Source: a virus (taxonomy: Duplodnaviria; Caudoviricetes). From it: a stretch of 61,112 nucleotides of DNA. The first letter of the stretch is position 1; the number at the start of each line of letters is the position of its first letter. Below are positions 47,178 to 55,994 of the stretch, one piece after another. The position numbers were made by a program, and so were the translations under genes. Location of the stretch: positions 1 through 61,112 of IMG/VR virus record IMGVR_UViG_3300009514_000026; one strand, 5' to 3'. The notes beneath the pieces are model-generated. The model was given only the letters and a program-made list of their open reading frames with translations, was not told the origin of the DNA and made no database searches.

Positions 47178-47278
47178 TCGGGATGGTAGGATTTGAACCT
47201 ACAACTTCACCGCCCCTTTAAATGCCCTCATTGAAGACACTTAAAACGGCGCACTCTACCAGATTGAGCTACACCCCG
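47178..47278 (-). tRNA. tRNA-Pro(TGG) with a 27-nt anticodon-loop intron
   Basis: CGGGGTG Pro body; removing 47217-47243 restores TT-TGG-GG. Confidence 0.75.
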
Positions 47279-47319
47279 AAATTGTTTACTAAATTTTATA
47301 CCTTTCCTTCCTATCTTTC

Positions 47320-47480
47320 CAGCGGGACCGACTTTACGGTTCATTCCGCGTGGCTGGCACCATCCCGCGCTACCGGTAGGTGAGTTCCGTTGTAGGTGTT
47401 CGGACAGGAATTTCAACCTGTCAACATTCTACAACCCGTGTTTCTTCGAAATAATTAGTATCTAAGCGTACCGCTAATTA
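47320..47480 (-). ncRNA. Unassigned structured RNA at the head of the array
   Basis: Hairpins including GUUGUAG..GACAGG-UUGAAAUU-CCUGUC..CUACAAC with a T-loop-like cap. Confidence 0.5.
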
Positions 47481-47523
47481 CTTCTGCTTTTCAATTCTAA
47501 GTCGCTTTTCGCGGCTTTCCAAA

Positions 47524-47552
47524 ATTATAACTCGTTTCTGTAAAGGTGTCAA
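47524..47552 (-). promoter_or_regulatory. Sigma70 consensus promoter
   Basis: TTGACA-17 nt-TATAAT. Confidence 0.8.
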
Positions 47553-47637
47553 GCGTTTTCTTTCACTTTTTTCAACTTTTTTCGGTGATTGGAACACCAT
47601 TACTAATCTTTTAAACATTTTTCCAATCTCCAGAACT

Positions 47638-47671
47638 AAAAAAGGCCACCTTTTTGGGGTAGCCTTTTGTG
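47638..47671 (-). terminator. Intrinsic terminator of a putative attenuator
   Basis: AAAAGGCTACC-CCAAAAA-GGTGGCCTTTTTT; 5' arm complementary to 47720-47730. Confidence 0.75.
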
Positions 47672-47695
47672 TTTCTTTCTTTTGGATTCTACTTG

Positions 47696-47839
47696 TTATA
47701 TTGTTTCGGTAGAGTCCCCCACAAAAGGCTGTGAACATTCATAACTACGTGGATCGAGTTCAAAAAAGCCTAGACGCAATGATCCCATCCCACATAATTC
47801 GGGCCGGCGTATATGCCATTGTTGTCTAAAGTCTTGCAT
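47696..47839 (-). CDS. Putative 47-aa attenuator leader peptide (not in the ORF track)
   Basis: MQDFRQQWHIRRPELCGMGSLRLGFFELDPRSYECSQPFVGDSTETI; AAGG SD; lies between tandem promoters and the terminator. Confidence 0.65.
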   Translation of the reverse strand: MQDFRQQWHIRRPELCGMGSLRLGFFELDPRSYECSQPFVGDSTETI

Positions 47840-47883
47840 TTCTTTAACCTTTTGTGTTGCCCTTCGGCGTTAAATTTAAGTGT

Positions 47884-47975
47884 ATCTTAATACTATATAT
47901 GGGTGATGTCAATAAATTTTTTCGCTTATATTTGATTGTGGTCTAAATTATATATCATTCAGAACCAGATGTCAA
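47884..47975 (-). promoter_or_regulatory. Tandem sigma70 promoters
   Basis: TTGACA-17-TATAAT (47975-47947) and TTGACA-17-TAAGAT (47912-47884). Confidence 0.8.
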
Positions 47976-47978
47976 CCA

Positions 47979-48857
47979 TTATTCTTCAAATTTTACAGTA
48001 ATTTTTCTGTACTTGTCTTTTACTTCATGTTGGTGGACGTATTTTCCGTATCGTGTTTGAAATCCTGTAAACCAATTTTTGGTGTCTGAATTCTGTTTTC
48101 TGTCACCAGATAGTATCATAGTTTCTGGTGCATACACAATAGGAGTATCTTCACTATCAGGATCTTTGCTACCGATAAGCACCGTATCGCCAGTAGACCA
48201 CAGACTACAGTAAACTGCAACAGCATCATCATCTAACCATCCAACAAGTTGAATATCGCCCATGGTTCCATGTCCTTCTGAATCAAGTTTGAGATGGCTG
48301 TTTTTATCAGCTTGAAGTACAGCAAGTATTAATGGTGAAACTACAATCCAATTTGCTTTAACTTCTTTAATTGCGGTCTTTATCGCGCCAGTTATAGTAC
48401 AGCCGCTCCCCACTGGTGCTATAAGATTTATTTCAGGGGCGTTAGTGGAAATAAGATGTAAAAATTCATTTACAAGTTCCATTTCTATTTCTGCGGCACA
48501 TGCTTGATTTATTTCACATTCAAAATCTATTCCATTGTGAATTTTTATATCGGCTTTTGGCATATCAGGATAGCCACATTGTAGTGGTCTTGTGACAACA
48601 TCAATATCGTATGTAAGACCGCCAGAAACAACAGTGGGATTTTTTTTGTCTGTAACTGGTTGTATACCAATAATTTTACTCAGCGCAAATCTGCTTAATA
48701 TACGACGTACTATAACAGCAGCGTTATCCATTACATTCTTATTTTCTTTATTTTTGTTTGTGAAATGGTATTCGAGTTCGTTTTTTAGAATTTGTTCTTT
48801 GATATTGTTGTGATCGTTGATGTCTTCCATCAAGATATCGAGGGTTTCTTTGTACAT
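47979..48857 (-). CDS. Major capsid protein paralog (gp23/gp24-like)
   Basis: IIGIQP, AEIEMELVNE, ANWIVVSP, VYAP, GFQTRYG. Confidence 0.7.
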   Translation of the reverse strand: MYKETLDILMEDINDHNNIKEQILKNELEYHFTNKNKENKNVMDNAAVIVRRILSRFALSKIIGIQPVTDKKNPTVVSGGLTYDIDVVTRPLQCGYPDMPKADIKIHNGIDFECEINQACAAEIEMELVNEFLHLISTNAPEINLIAPVGSGCTITGAIKTAIKEVKANWIVVSPLILAVLQADKNSHLKLDSEGHGTMGDIQLVGWLDDDAVAVYCSLWSTGDTVLIGSKDPDSEDTPIVYAPETMILSGDRKQNSDTKNWFTGFQTRYGKYVHQHEVKDKYRKITVKFEE

Positions 48858-48953
48858 TATAATTATCCTTTATGGTTTTATTCTAATAATATTTATCTCC
48901 TTTAATATATCCAGTTTCTTGCATCACTGTTAAAATATCAGAAATCTTTATTT

Positions 48954-49379
48954 TTAACGTGACATTTTATCTTCACGTCTTGCAGTATAATAATCGTCTT
49001 CGGCAGCATCATATTCATCTTGTTCTTTCTCGCGTTGTTGTTGCGCTGCTTGTATACCTGCATATTCTGCCCAATTTGTGTCACCTGTAAACGGTGCCAG
49101 TTCTTCTTGACTAATATATTCCCCTGGTTGAAATTGTCTACCAGATATGACAAAAGGCTCTGCTACCTCAATATAATCTAATTCCCAGCCTGCCATATGT
49201 GGATCTCTTCCTATACCGACATTGCCACTATCGTAATCTATCTTAATACGGAATTTTGCATCTGTATATTCGCCAGAGTTTGGATCTTCCAATCCAACAT
49301 CAATAATACCTTCAAAACCACGATTTTGTGATTTTCTTTGATTCATTATTTCGTTTAATAGCATCTTACTTATCCTCAA
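48954..49379 (-). CDS. Hypothetical late protein
   Basis: MRISKMLLNE start. Confidence 0.55.
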   Translation of the reverse strand: MRISKMLLNEIMNQRKSQNRGFEGIIDVGLEDPNSGEYTDAKFRIKIDYDSGNVGIGRDPHMAGWELDYIEVAEPFVISGRQFQPGEYISQEELAPFTGDTNWAEYAGIQAAQQQREKEQDEYDAAEDDYYTARREDKMSR

Positions 49380-49689
49380 TTTTCTTTAACTTAGTGCTAT
49401 TTTTGGTCACATGTGATAAGTTTCTTGCCTTTTCAAAAGATACACCTTGATAATCTTTTTTATTTTTAGACCATTTGCCATAAGATTCTTTACAAGCAGG
49501 ACATGCCGCGACGATTTCTTCATTTTCTTCGTCATAAAATGCAGTCGCATCAGGAAATCGGGTTTTGATATCCGCTACCCAATTATCATAGTTGTTATAC
49601 CACAGAGTCTTTTTAGGACGAGACTTTGGTGTTTTGGGCACCGGCTTGTAGTACTTATTTTTATATTCTAAAAGTTCAACTACTTTCAT
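49366..49689 (-). CDS. Hypothetical late protein
   Basis: MKVVELLE start. Confidence 0.55.
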   Translation of the reverse strand: MKVVELLEYKNKYYKPVPKTPKSRPKKTLWYNNYDNWVADIKTRFPDATAFYDEENEEIVAACPACKESYGKWSKNKKDYQGVSFEKARNLSHVTKNSTKLKKIEDK

Positions 49690-49886
49690 ATCCTTTCCAA
49701 TGCATCCAGCATTACTGACATTGCCTTTTTTATTCCTTCAAACTTAACGTTTGCGCTAAGTGAACTAATGTCTACTATTTTTCCTGGTATACCAGAATAT
49801 TTAGAATCTTTGCCTTTCATTTGAACCATATCGCCGTATCGTAGCGGTATGTCCGGGTCAGGGTCTGATACTTCTTTTGTTTTCAT
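49686..49886 (-). CDS. Small KOW/SH3-like protein
   Basis: GDMVQMKG...GKIVDI. Confidence 0.45.
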   Translation of the reverse strand: MKTKEVSDPDPDIPLRYGDMVQMKGKDSKYSGIPGKIVDISSLSANVKFEGIKKAMSVMLDALERI

Positions 49887-49895
49887 AAATTAGGA

Positions 49896-50687
49896 TTAAG
49901 GTGTAGCATCAGAATATACTAATAACCATGTACCAGTACCATGGTTCAAATAAACGTCAGTCGTTTCTTTTCCTGGTCTTAGTGTTTGATTTGGTACTAA
50001 ACGAAGCGTTCCAATAAGCAATTCCCGGTATGTTTGATATTCATTCCTATAATTCAAATCAAAGACATCACCAATAGTACTAACGCCAACACGCTTTTCT
50101 GCTAAATTCTTAAATCCGGTTATTGATTTGAAGAGCGTACCATCAATCACTTCTACATCTTGACCGGAACCAGTTGCTATAGATGCAATATCAATATTGC
50201 CACCAAATATGCTTGCACTTAAAGTTGTTGGTGAACCCGCAGCCGCGAACGCTGTATTAATGGCCGACACTAAATTAACAAATGTATCAGCATCGGCACC
50301 TGCTATACTATACGAAGTCGTAGTTCCATTCAATATAACTGAGAAAGTATAATTCGTACCAGATACTAGTCCTGTTAAAGCGCTGGGGGAACCGCCAACA
50401 TTAAGACTATACTTAATAGTATGATATGCAGCAGATGCTGGGAAATTTGTTACAGCAATGGCTTCTGTTAATGTCGGCGAACCTGCGGGAGCACGATTGA
50501 TGTAGCCCATGATTAAATCATGTACACGCGCCCTGTCGTAGCTATCAAGGCAATCCCATCTAATAATTCGTTTATTTCCTGTACTAATAGGCGATCCTGA
50601 ATTGTCTGCTAACAAGACTGCAGGAAATTGTCTTCCATCCCAATAGAAGTATTCATTAGTTAGGTAATCTGGGTTTGGTAATGGCAT
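49896..50687 (-). CDS. Virion structural protein
   Basis: AGGAG SD; T/S/G/A-rich; repeated GSP. Confidence 0.6.
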   Translation of the reverse strand: MPLPNPDYLTNEYFYWDGRQFPAVLLADNSGSPISTGNKRIIRWDCLDSYDRARVHDLIMGYINRAPAGSPTLTEAIAVTNFPASAAYHTIKYSLNVGGSPSALTGLVSGTNYTFSVILNGTTTSYSIAGADADTFVNLVSAINTAFAAAGSPTTLSASIFGGNIDIASIATGSGQDVEVIDGTLFKSITGFKNLAEKRVGVSTIGDVFDLNYRNEYQTYRELLIGTLRLVPNQTLRPGKETTDVYLNHGTGTWLLVYSDATP

Positions 50688-50700
50688 TTGTTTCTCCTAA

Positions 50701-51918
50701 TTATTTTAATGTGTTACGTGGCCCAGTAATTGGATACTTTTTACCAACTTCTTGCATATAACTTTTCAAAGAACGAGTTTCACCACCATTAGTTAAGAAT
50801 TTCCAAACATTGGTAGGGATCTTATGCAACATCGGTCCCATAAATGATTGTGCGTAAACTTGCGCCTGTTTAATATCGTAGCGCGTCCCCTTTTCAAGAT
50901 GACCAAGCAGGTCACTGAACGCTTTAGCTAAATCTTTATAAAAGTATGCAGCGTCCTTGTCTCTTACGTCAACCTTATCTGCTTCTTTTTTAGCTTTTTC
51001 AATTTCAGTACGCAGTGCCTGCTTGATACCATTTGGCACTTTGATCTTAGTACTAAGATCATCACCAGACTTATCTTGCGGGGAATTATCTTGTTGATCC
51101 ATGGTTTTTAATTGTGTAGGACTTTCATTTTTTTCTTCTTCGTCGTCCCAAACCTGTTCATCGTTAGAAGAACCATCAGCAACATTAATAGGTTTTTCTT
51201 TATCACTATCATGGCTATCATACTGAACATCATAGTAGTGCATGGCTTCTTCAAGCCTATCACCCATTAATTCAATAACCGTTTTATAAGCGTTCTCACG
51301 TATCATGGCTTCTGTATCTACTAACTTTAATGCACTTATGGCAACCATTAGTTGATCGCGCTGAATATCTGACAGATTTTTAATGAAGTCACCAATTTCT
51401 TCATCTTCTGACATTTTATATTCTTCATCGGCTGCTGCTTGTTTAGATTGATCGTTTGCAACTTCTTTATTGAAATTTTCTTGATCTATTGCAGCTTCTA
51501 ATTCAGCATATGCTTCCTCTTCCTCTTCCTTACGCTTTTCTTTATTTTCTTTGCCATCGGCTTTGCGGAACTCGGAATTAATTCTTTCGAGGTAATCTTC
51601 CATGCCATCGTCGGTGTCAACCCCCAATAGATCTTCTAATTCGCCTATAAAGCGTGGAATTTCGCCAGAAAAGTCAGTAGCGGGGATCTTTTCAAGGATT
51701 GTGACTGCTTGACGGACATGATTTACGGCCTGTTCCATGCCGCGTTTTTTGGCTTTAAGAGACTTGGAATCGTTTGCACGTAGGTCTGCCTTCCTGCGCG
51801 GTGTTTCTCTTGCTTCATTGACTTGCTTAGTTTCAGTGATTTCTTTCTTTTCAGTTACTTCAATGCTTGCATCTATTGGGATACCAGCAGCAAGGCGTAA
51901 TTTATTCAATTCTTTCAT
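50701..51918 (-). CDS. Acidic late / internal head protein
   Basis: TATAAATA, GGAG; MKELNKLRLAAGI start. Confidence 0.6.
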   Translation of the reverse strand: MKELNKLRLAAGIPIDASIEVTEKKEITETKQVNEARETPRRKADLRANDSKSLKAKKRGMEQAVNHVRQAVTILEKIPATDFSGEIPRFIGELEDLLGVDTDDGMEDYLERINSEFRKADGKENKEKRKEEEEEAYAELEAAIDQENFNKEVANDQSKQAAADEEYKMSEDEEIGDFIKNLSDIQRDQLMVAISALKLVDTEAMIRENAYKTVIELMGDRLEEAMHYYDVQYDSHDSDKEKPINVADGSSNDEQVWDDEEEKNESPTQLKTMDQQDNSPQDKSGDDLSTKIKVPNGIKQALRTEIEKAKKEADKVDVRDKDAAYFYKDLAKAFSDLLGHLEKGTRYDIKQAQVYAQSFMGPMLHKIPTNVWKFLTNGGETRSLKSYMQEVGKKYPITGPRNTLK

Positions 51919-51983
51919 TGGTGAACTCCATGATAAACTTATATTCTGTTGTATTTATACATGTTAACCATGGAACATCAAAA

Positions 51984-52697
51984 TTAGCCCCAATATCCAT
52001 ATATCATGGGTCGAAGTTGGTAAATACACTTATCATCTACGAAAATTTTGAGGTATTTTATCATTTCTATCAGTTCATTTGGAATAAGGGGGACTATGCA
52101 AGTCTTTAATTCTTTTACAGAATCTACGCCAATTTCATCCAGAGCTTGCTCGGGTTTAGTGAGATTTTCATAGCCCAAATTTCGTACAGCGTTAAAAAGT
52201 TGGTTTTGCATTCCAGTCAGCTGTACAGGAGGAAATGTTTTGATATTAATCCAACTTTCCCAAGGCCACAATGGTCTGTCTATCTTTATTACACTTTCAA
52301 TGATTCCACCATCTTCCGAACGATTGCCAGGATCATAGTAGTCAATCATATCATCGTATCGTGTCCATGACTTAACAGACGATGGAGGTATGAAAAGTAT
52401 TACATTTGAACTACCAAATTCCATATCATAAATTACGGCACGATAAAGTTCTTCAACCCCGCCGTCTTCTATTTGATTTTTTAGTAACTGCAAATCAAAC
52501 GGACGTTCATCACCTTCTACTAATTCTTCAATTCTTTTATCAATATATTTAGAAAATCCTTCTAAATTGAAATTCTCTTCTTTAAAAAGGTAACCTTCTG
52601 GATTAAATCGTGGATCGGTTCTTAAATCCCAGTTTTCTTTATCGGCTATGACATTTGTTAAACCATAACCGATTGCTTTATGAATTCTAATTCCCAT
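51984..52697 (-). CDS. Hypothetical protein
   Basis: 237-aa ORF. Confidence 0.6.
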   Translation of the reverse strand: MGIRIHKAIGYGLTNVIADKENWDLRTDPRFNPEGYLFKEENFNLEGFSKYIDKRIEELVEGDERPFDLQLLKNQIEDGGVEELYRAVIYDMEFGSSNVILFIPPSSVKSWTRYDDMIDYYDPGNRSEDGGIIESVIKIDRPLWPWESWINIKTFPPVQLTGMQNQLFNAVRNLGYENLTKPEQALDEIGVDSVKELKTCIVPLIPNELIEMIKYLKIFVDDKCIYQLRPMIYGYWG

Positions 52698-53689
52698 TAT
52701 TCCTCCAAATTTGAAAGATCTGCCAATGCTTCATCGGTCATAATAACTTTCATCTTCTTTTTTAGTTTTACCACATTGGGCGACGTTTTTTTAATTTCTT
52801 CAAAAGCACTTTCTAGTGCGCCTTGTAATTCTATCAACGCAGATTCTTTGTATGCCATAAGTTCACTAACATCTCCCTTAACCTTGTTACAATCATTTAC
52901 AAAGTTTTTGAATGTTAAGTGTTTGAGAACTTCCATAGAACCAAAAATATAATCTAATGATGGATCATCTTTAAAATTTGGGTCATCACTGCTGTTAGTA
53001 GTATCAATAATGAATACTTTATCCCAGTCGCTTTTGGTTTCGTCATATTTTTTATTCAACCATTCTCTACTGAAATCATTAATTTGTTCGTACCAGCCTT
53101 CTAATCCATGAGCATCTAAGCGCATATCCCACAAATATCCGCCTTTGGTTTTTTTCCCATTATCTTTGCCGTCAACGTATTTATGTGGTATCTGTTCTTC
53201 AATCCAGGCAATTGCGAATTCTTCCAATTTCCAATACAGCCATATTTGAGTACTTAAAAGATTCAAATATTTAAAATTGCCATCTATGAACACCCGCGCC
53301 CAACTACTGAATCTGTTATACAATTCTTTTGGTTTATATTTAGGAAAATTTTCATCTTCAGCGAATGCATTTTCTTGATATTCATGATAACTTTTATTAT
53401 AATCGTAAAGTGTTTCAAATGTAAGAATTTCTTCATTCCAGTCAAATTCATTCAACATGAAGCTATCTTTACCAATTCCACGATATGGAAGCATAGTAGA
53501 ATTGTACAATAGACAATCAGCAGATTTATTTGAATCTTTATCAATGCCCAATTCTTTGTAAACAAAAGCACTTACTTTTTCATCAAGATCATCATGGTCT
53601 TGTAGTTTAAACACATCTTGTTCTTCTTCTGTCATTTTGAAGAAATCATTATAATATTTCATCAATGCTTTTGTTAAAATTCTATTCAT
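52697..53689 (-). CDS. Hypothetical protein
   Basis: 330-aa ORF. Confidence 0.6.
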   Translation of the reverse strand: MNRILTKALMKYYNDFFKMTEEEQDVFKLQDHDDLDEKVSAFVYKELGIDKDSNKSADCLLYNSTMLPYRGIGKDSFMLNEFDWNEEILTFETLYDYNKSYHEYQENAFAEDENFPKYKPKELYNRFSSWARVFIDGNFKYLNLLSTQIWLYWKLEEFAIAWIEEQIPHKYVDGKDNGKKTKGGYLWDMRLDAHGLEGWYEQINDFSREWLNKKYDETKSDWDKVFIIDTTNSSDDPNFKDDPSLDYIFGSMEVLKHLTFKNFVNDCNKVKGDVSELMAYKESALIELQGALESAFEEIKKTSPNVVKLKKKMKVIMTDEALADLSNLEE

Positions 53690-54014
53690 CGTTTTTTGTC
53701 CTTAGTGTGTCGTTTTGGTATATCATAAAGTCGCCTCGAATAACAATACCATTGTTAAATTTTATGTATCCTTTATCTGTACCATGTCCACAACATGCGT
53801 ATTCGACACCAGGCAAGCCCGCTATGCACGGGTCGTGGCCTTCTTCTGTTGGATAATGGCTACATTTTGGGCATCTTCTTTTCATACTAATAGGTGTTTT
53901 ATTATCAGCGAATCGAACATCCCCAATTATATGGCCTTTTCCATCTTGGATGGAAAAGACATCATATCCAAAATGTTTAGACCTTACAATCATTGTTATG
54001 TAAAATATGCCCAA
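53682..54014 (-). CDS. Cys/His-rich hypothetical protein
   Basis: CPKC...GHDPC...ACCGHG. Confidence 0.55.
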   Translation of the reverse strand: MGIFYITMIVRSKHFGYDVFSIQDGKGHIIGDVRFADNKTPISMKRRCPKCSHYPTEEGHDPCIAGLPGVEYACCGHGTDKGYIKFNNGIVIRGDFMIYQNDTLRTKNDE

Positions 54015-54238
54015 ACGCCGACTTCTGAATCATAATACCAACCAAGTTCACATAGTCGTTGACCATCTTCTGAATCCTCTGGAATAGTTTCATCGTCAAT
54101 ATGTGAATAAATCACATCGTGCTCAGCTTCCAAGAAATATTTAGTTTGCATTCCTTTTTCCATGTACTTTGCCATGATTTCAAATGTTTCCACCCAACCT
54201 TCTGGTGAATTAGCAATGTCTTTGTAATATGTTGTCAT
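53996..54238 (-). CDS. Hypothetical protein
   Basis: AEHDVIY...LCELGW motif. Confidence 0.55.
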   Translation of the reverse strand: MTTYYKDIANSPEGWVETFEIMAKYMEKGMQTKYFLEAEHDVIYSHIDDETIPEDSEDGQRLCELGWYYDSEVGVWAYFT

Positions 54239-54242
54239 AATA

Positions 54243-54494
54243 TTATTCCACGTAAATAATAACTTCTTCTTCGATTGTGCCAGTAAATGGCATTTTTTCA
54301 AACGAAGCATTAGTTGCTTCCATGCCAGCTTCGGCTATTCCTATTAATCGTTTTTCTGGATCGTTTATTGCGCGATCAATAGCATCAAATAATGCTTGTT
54401 CATTCTCTGATTCAGCTATACGATCAATATCTATTACACCACCCCAAGGATCGCGTTCAGTAATAACAACACCAAGCACTAAAATGTATTTCAT
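54243..54494 (-). CDS. Hypothetical protein
   Basis: Coupled ORF. Confidence 0.5.
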   Translation of the reverse strand: MKYILVLGVVITERDPWGGVIDIDRIAESENEQALFDAIDRAINDPEKRLIGIAEAGMEATNASFEKMPFTGTIEEEVIIYVE

Positions 54495-54835
54495 TTTAAG
54501 AACTCCTTACATTCTTTGGCATTATCAAAGATTTGTAAGAACTTGTTACCGTCAACATGTGTGTCAACACTAATCATTGTGAAGTCATCTGTGCGATATA
54601 CATATTTTGGAAGAAATCGTTGGGTATAAATTTCATTTTCATAATATTCGCCGGTTTCATCTTTCAAAGTTTCTTTGGCTTCCGCAAAACGAACAAACCC
54701 TGCTTCTTCATCAACGAACCAGAAGTAACTGCGCGCGTCATCTAATGGAATAACTACCCAATCTTCAACGTATCCAAAGTAGTCATGTATTGCTTGTTGT
54801 GCATTAAAATATGCATCAATCGTTTTTTTGCTCAT
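54491..54835 (-). CDS. Hypothetical protein
   Basis: GGGAG SD; 114 aa. Confidence 0.55.
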   Translation of the reverse strand: MSKKTIDAYFNAQQAIHDYFGYVEDWVVIPLDDARSYFWFVDEEAGFVRFAEAKETLKDETGEYYENEIYTQRFLPKYVYRTDDFTMISVDTHVDGNKFLQIFDNAKECKEFLK

Positions 54836-54839
54836 TGTC

Positions 54840-55019
54840 TTACTCCCAATCGTCAAACTGTTTTTTAATGATTTCTGCTGACGACAATGTTAAGTTAGCA
54901 CACAACTCTTGATAACTTGTATTATAGTCTTGTAAACCTATTAGTAGTATAACTTCAACTTCTTCGCCTTCACATATTGGCAAATTGGTAATTGCACATG
55001 TATGATTCCAACATCCCAT
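54840..55019 (-). CDS. Short hypothetical protein (possibly truncated)
   Basis: MGCWNHTCAITNLPI start, only 59 aa. Confidence 0.4.
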   Translation of the reverse strand: MGCWNHTCAITNLPICEGEEVEVILLIGLQDYNTSYQELCANLTLSSAEIIKKQFDDWE

Positions 55020-55020
55020 T

Positions 55021-55359
55021 TTATTCACCCATTTCCACGGCAACGCCTGTGCTACTTATTCCTGCACAACGTAACCAAATACGTTTAGTTTCTTTCAATG
55101 ATTCAATTGCATTAGGTAACCTAACCATAACTTTTCTCTGTTCCCTTGTTACTATAGCTAAGTGACAAAGCCTATTACCTATTTCGCAAATGATAGCTTT
55201 ACACATCATTCCAGGCACGTGATATTGTTCGCCACCATGTGGAATAACAATTATACTATCATCAGTAACTTCATCACCACGATCAGGAAAACATAACTTA
55301 CCTATTACTTCTTGTCCACTCCCTGCTATGATTTCTACATCATATACGTTATGGTTCAT
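55021..55359 (-). CDS. Hypothetical protein
   Basis: Coupled ORF. Confidence 0.5.
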   Translation of the reverse strand: MNHNVYDVEIIAGSGQEVIGKLCFPDRGDEVTDDSIIVIPHGGEQYHVPGMMCKAIICEIGNRLCHLAIVTREQRKVMVRLPNAIESLKETKRIWLRCAGISSTGVAVEMGE

Positions 55360-55994
55360 ATTCCTATCCTTTTAAGATACTGTTCATGGTGATCAGGATT
55401 ACAAAAATGTATCTTGTGTTCCACCAATGTTTTTTTAATAAATTTCCCACAACATAAACATTTCGGATGTTTATGTTGTGTTACAGATGATTCCAATTGT
55501 GGAACATCTTGCGGTATATCGTCGCCGTCTTGTTCGGCCGCTTTAAATATAAGCCAATTAATGAAGATTTCTATTGGTACATTTAATACTTCGTCTTGCT
55601 TGACACCTAAGACACCTAAGTCTCCAATAAAAGATTCCAATAAGTCACTTGCATTAATAAACTTGTTAAATTCTCGTACATTATTTCCCTTGTACGTAAC
55701 AATTGCGTCGTCATCCAATATTGTGAAATTACCATTTGCATCAACTTCAATTACATGACCATCTGGTAATATTAGCCTTGAATTGGGGCGAACTTGGATA
55801 TCGCCATCAAGAAATCTATCAACGGCATCTATTACTATACTATTACCTCCAGATACTACTAACCCTGTTGTTGTAGCGGTACCGGCGGCCGATGTATTAA
55901 CCCAAGTAGAAGATGTTGATGAACTTCCAGTACTGGTGCCTGTAACATAATAACTTGAGCCGTTGCTTGTTATGTTTATGTAACTAGCTGTCAT
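55356..55994 (-). CDS. Hypothetical protein with C-terminal zinc finger
   Basis: CLCCG...FCNPDH. Confidence 0.6.
   Translation of the reverse strand: MTASYINITSNGSSYYVTGTSTGSSSTSSTWVNTSAAGTATTTGLVVSGGNSIVIDAVDRFLDGDIQVRPNSRLILPDGHVIEVDANGNFTILDDDAIVTYKGNNVREFNKFINASDLLESFIGDLGVLGVKQDEVLNVPIEIFINWLIFKAAEQDGDDIPQDVPQLESSVTQHKHPKCLCCGKFIKKTLVEHKIHFCNPDHHEQYLKRIGI

Noticed and set aside
25229-47416. Many short ORF-track entries overlapping tRNAs or antisense to genes
   Set aside because: They are translations of tRNA sequence or shadow frames with no SD or motifs.
47478-47738. 86-aa ORF as the real leader gene
   Set aside because: No clear SD; it runs through the terminator and a downstream promoter, so it is probably incidental.
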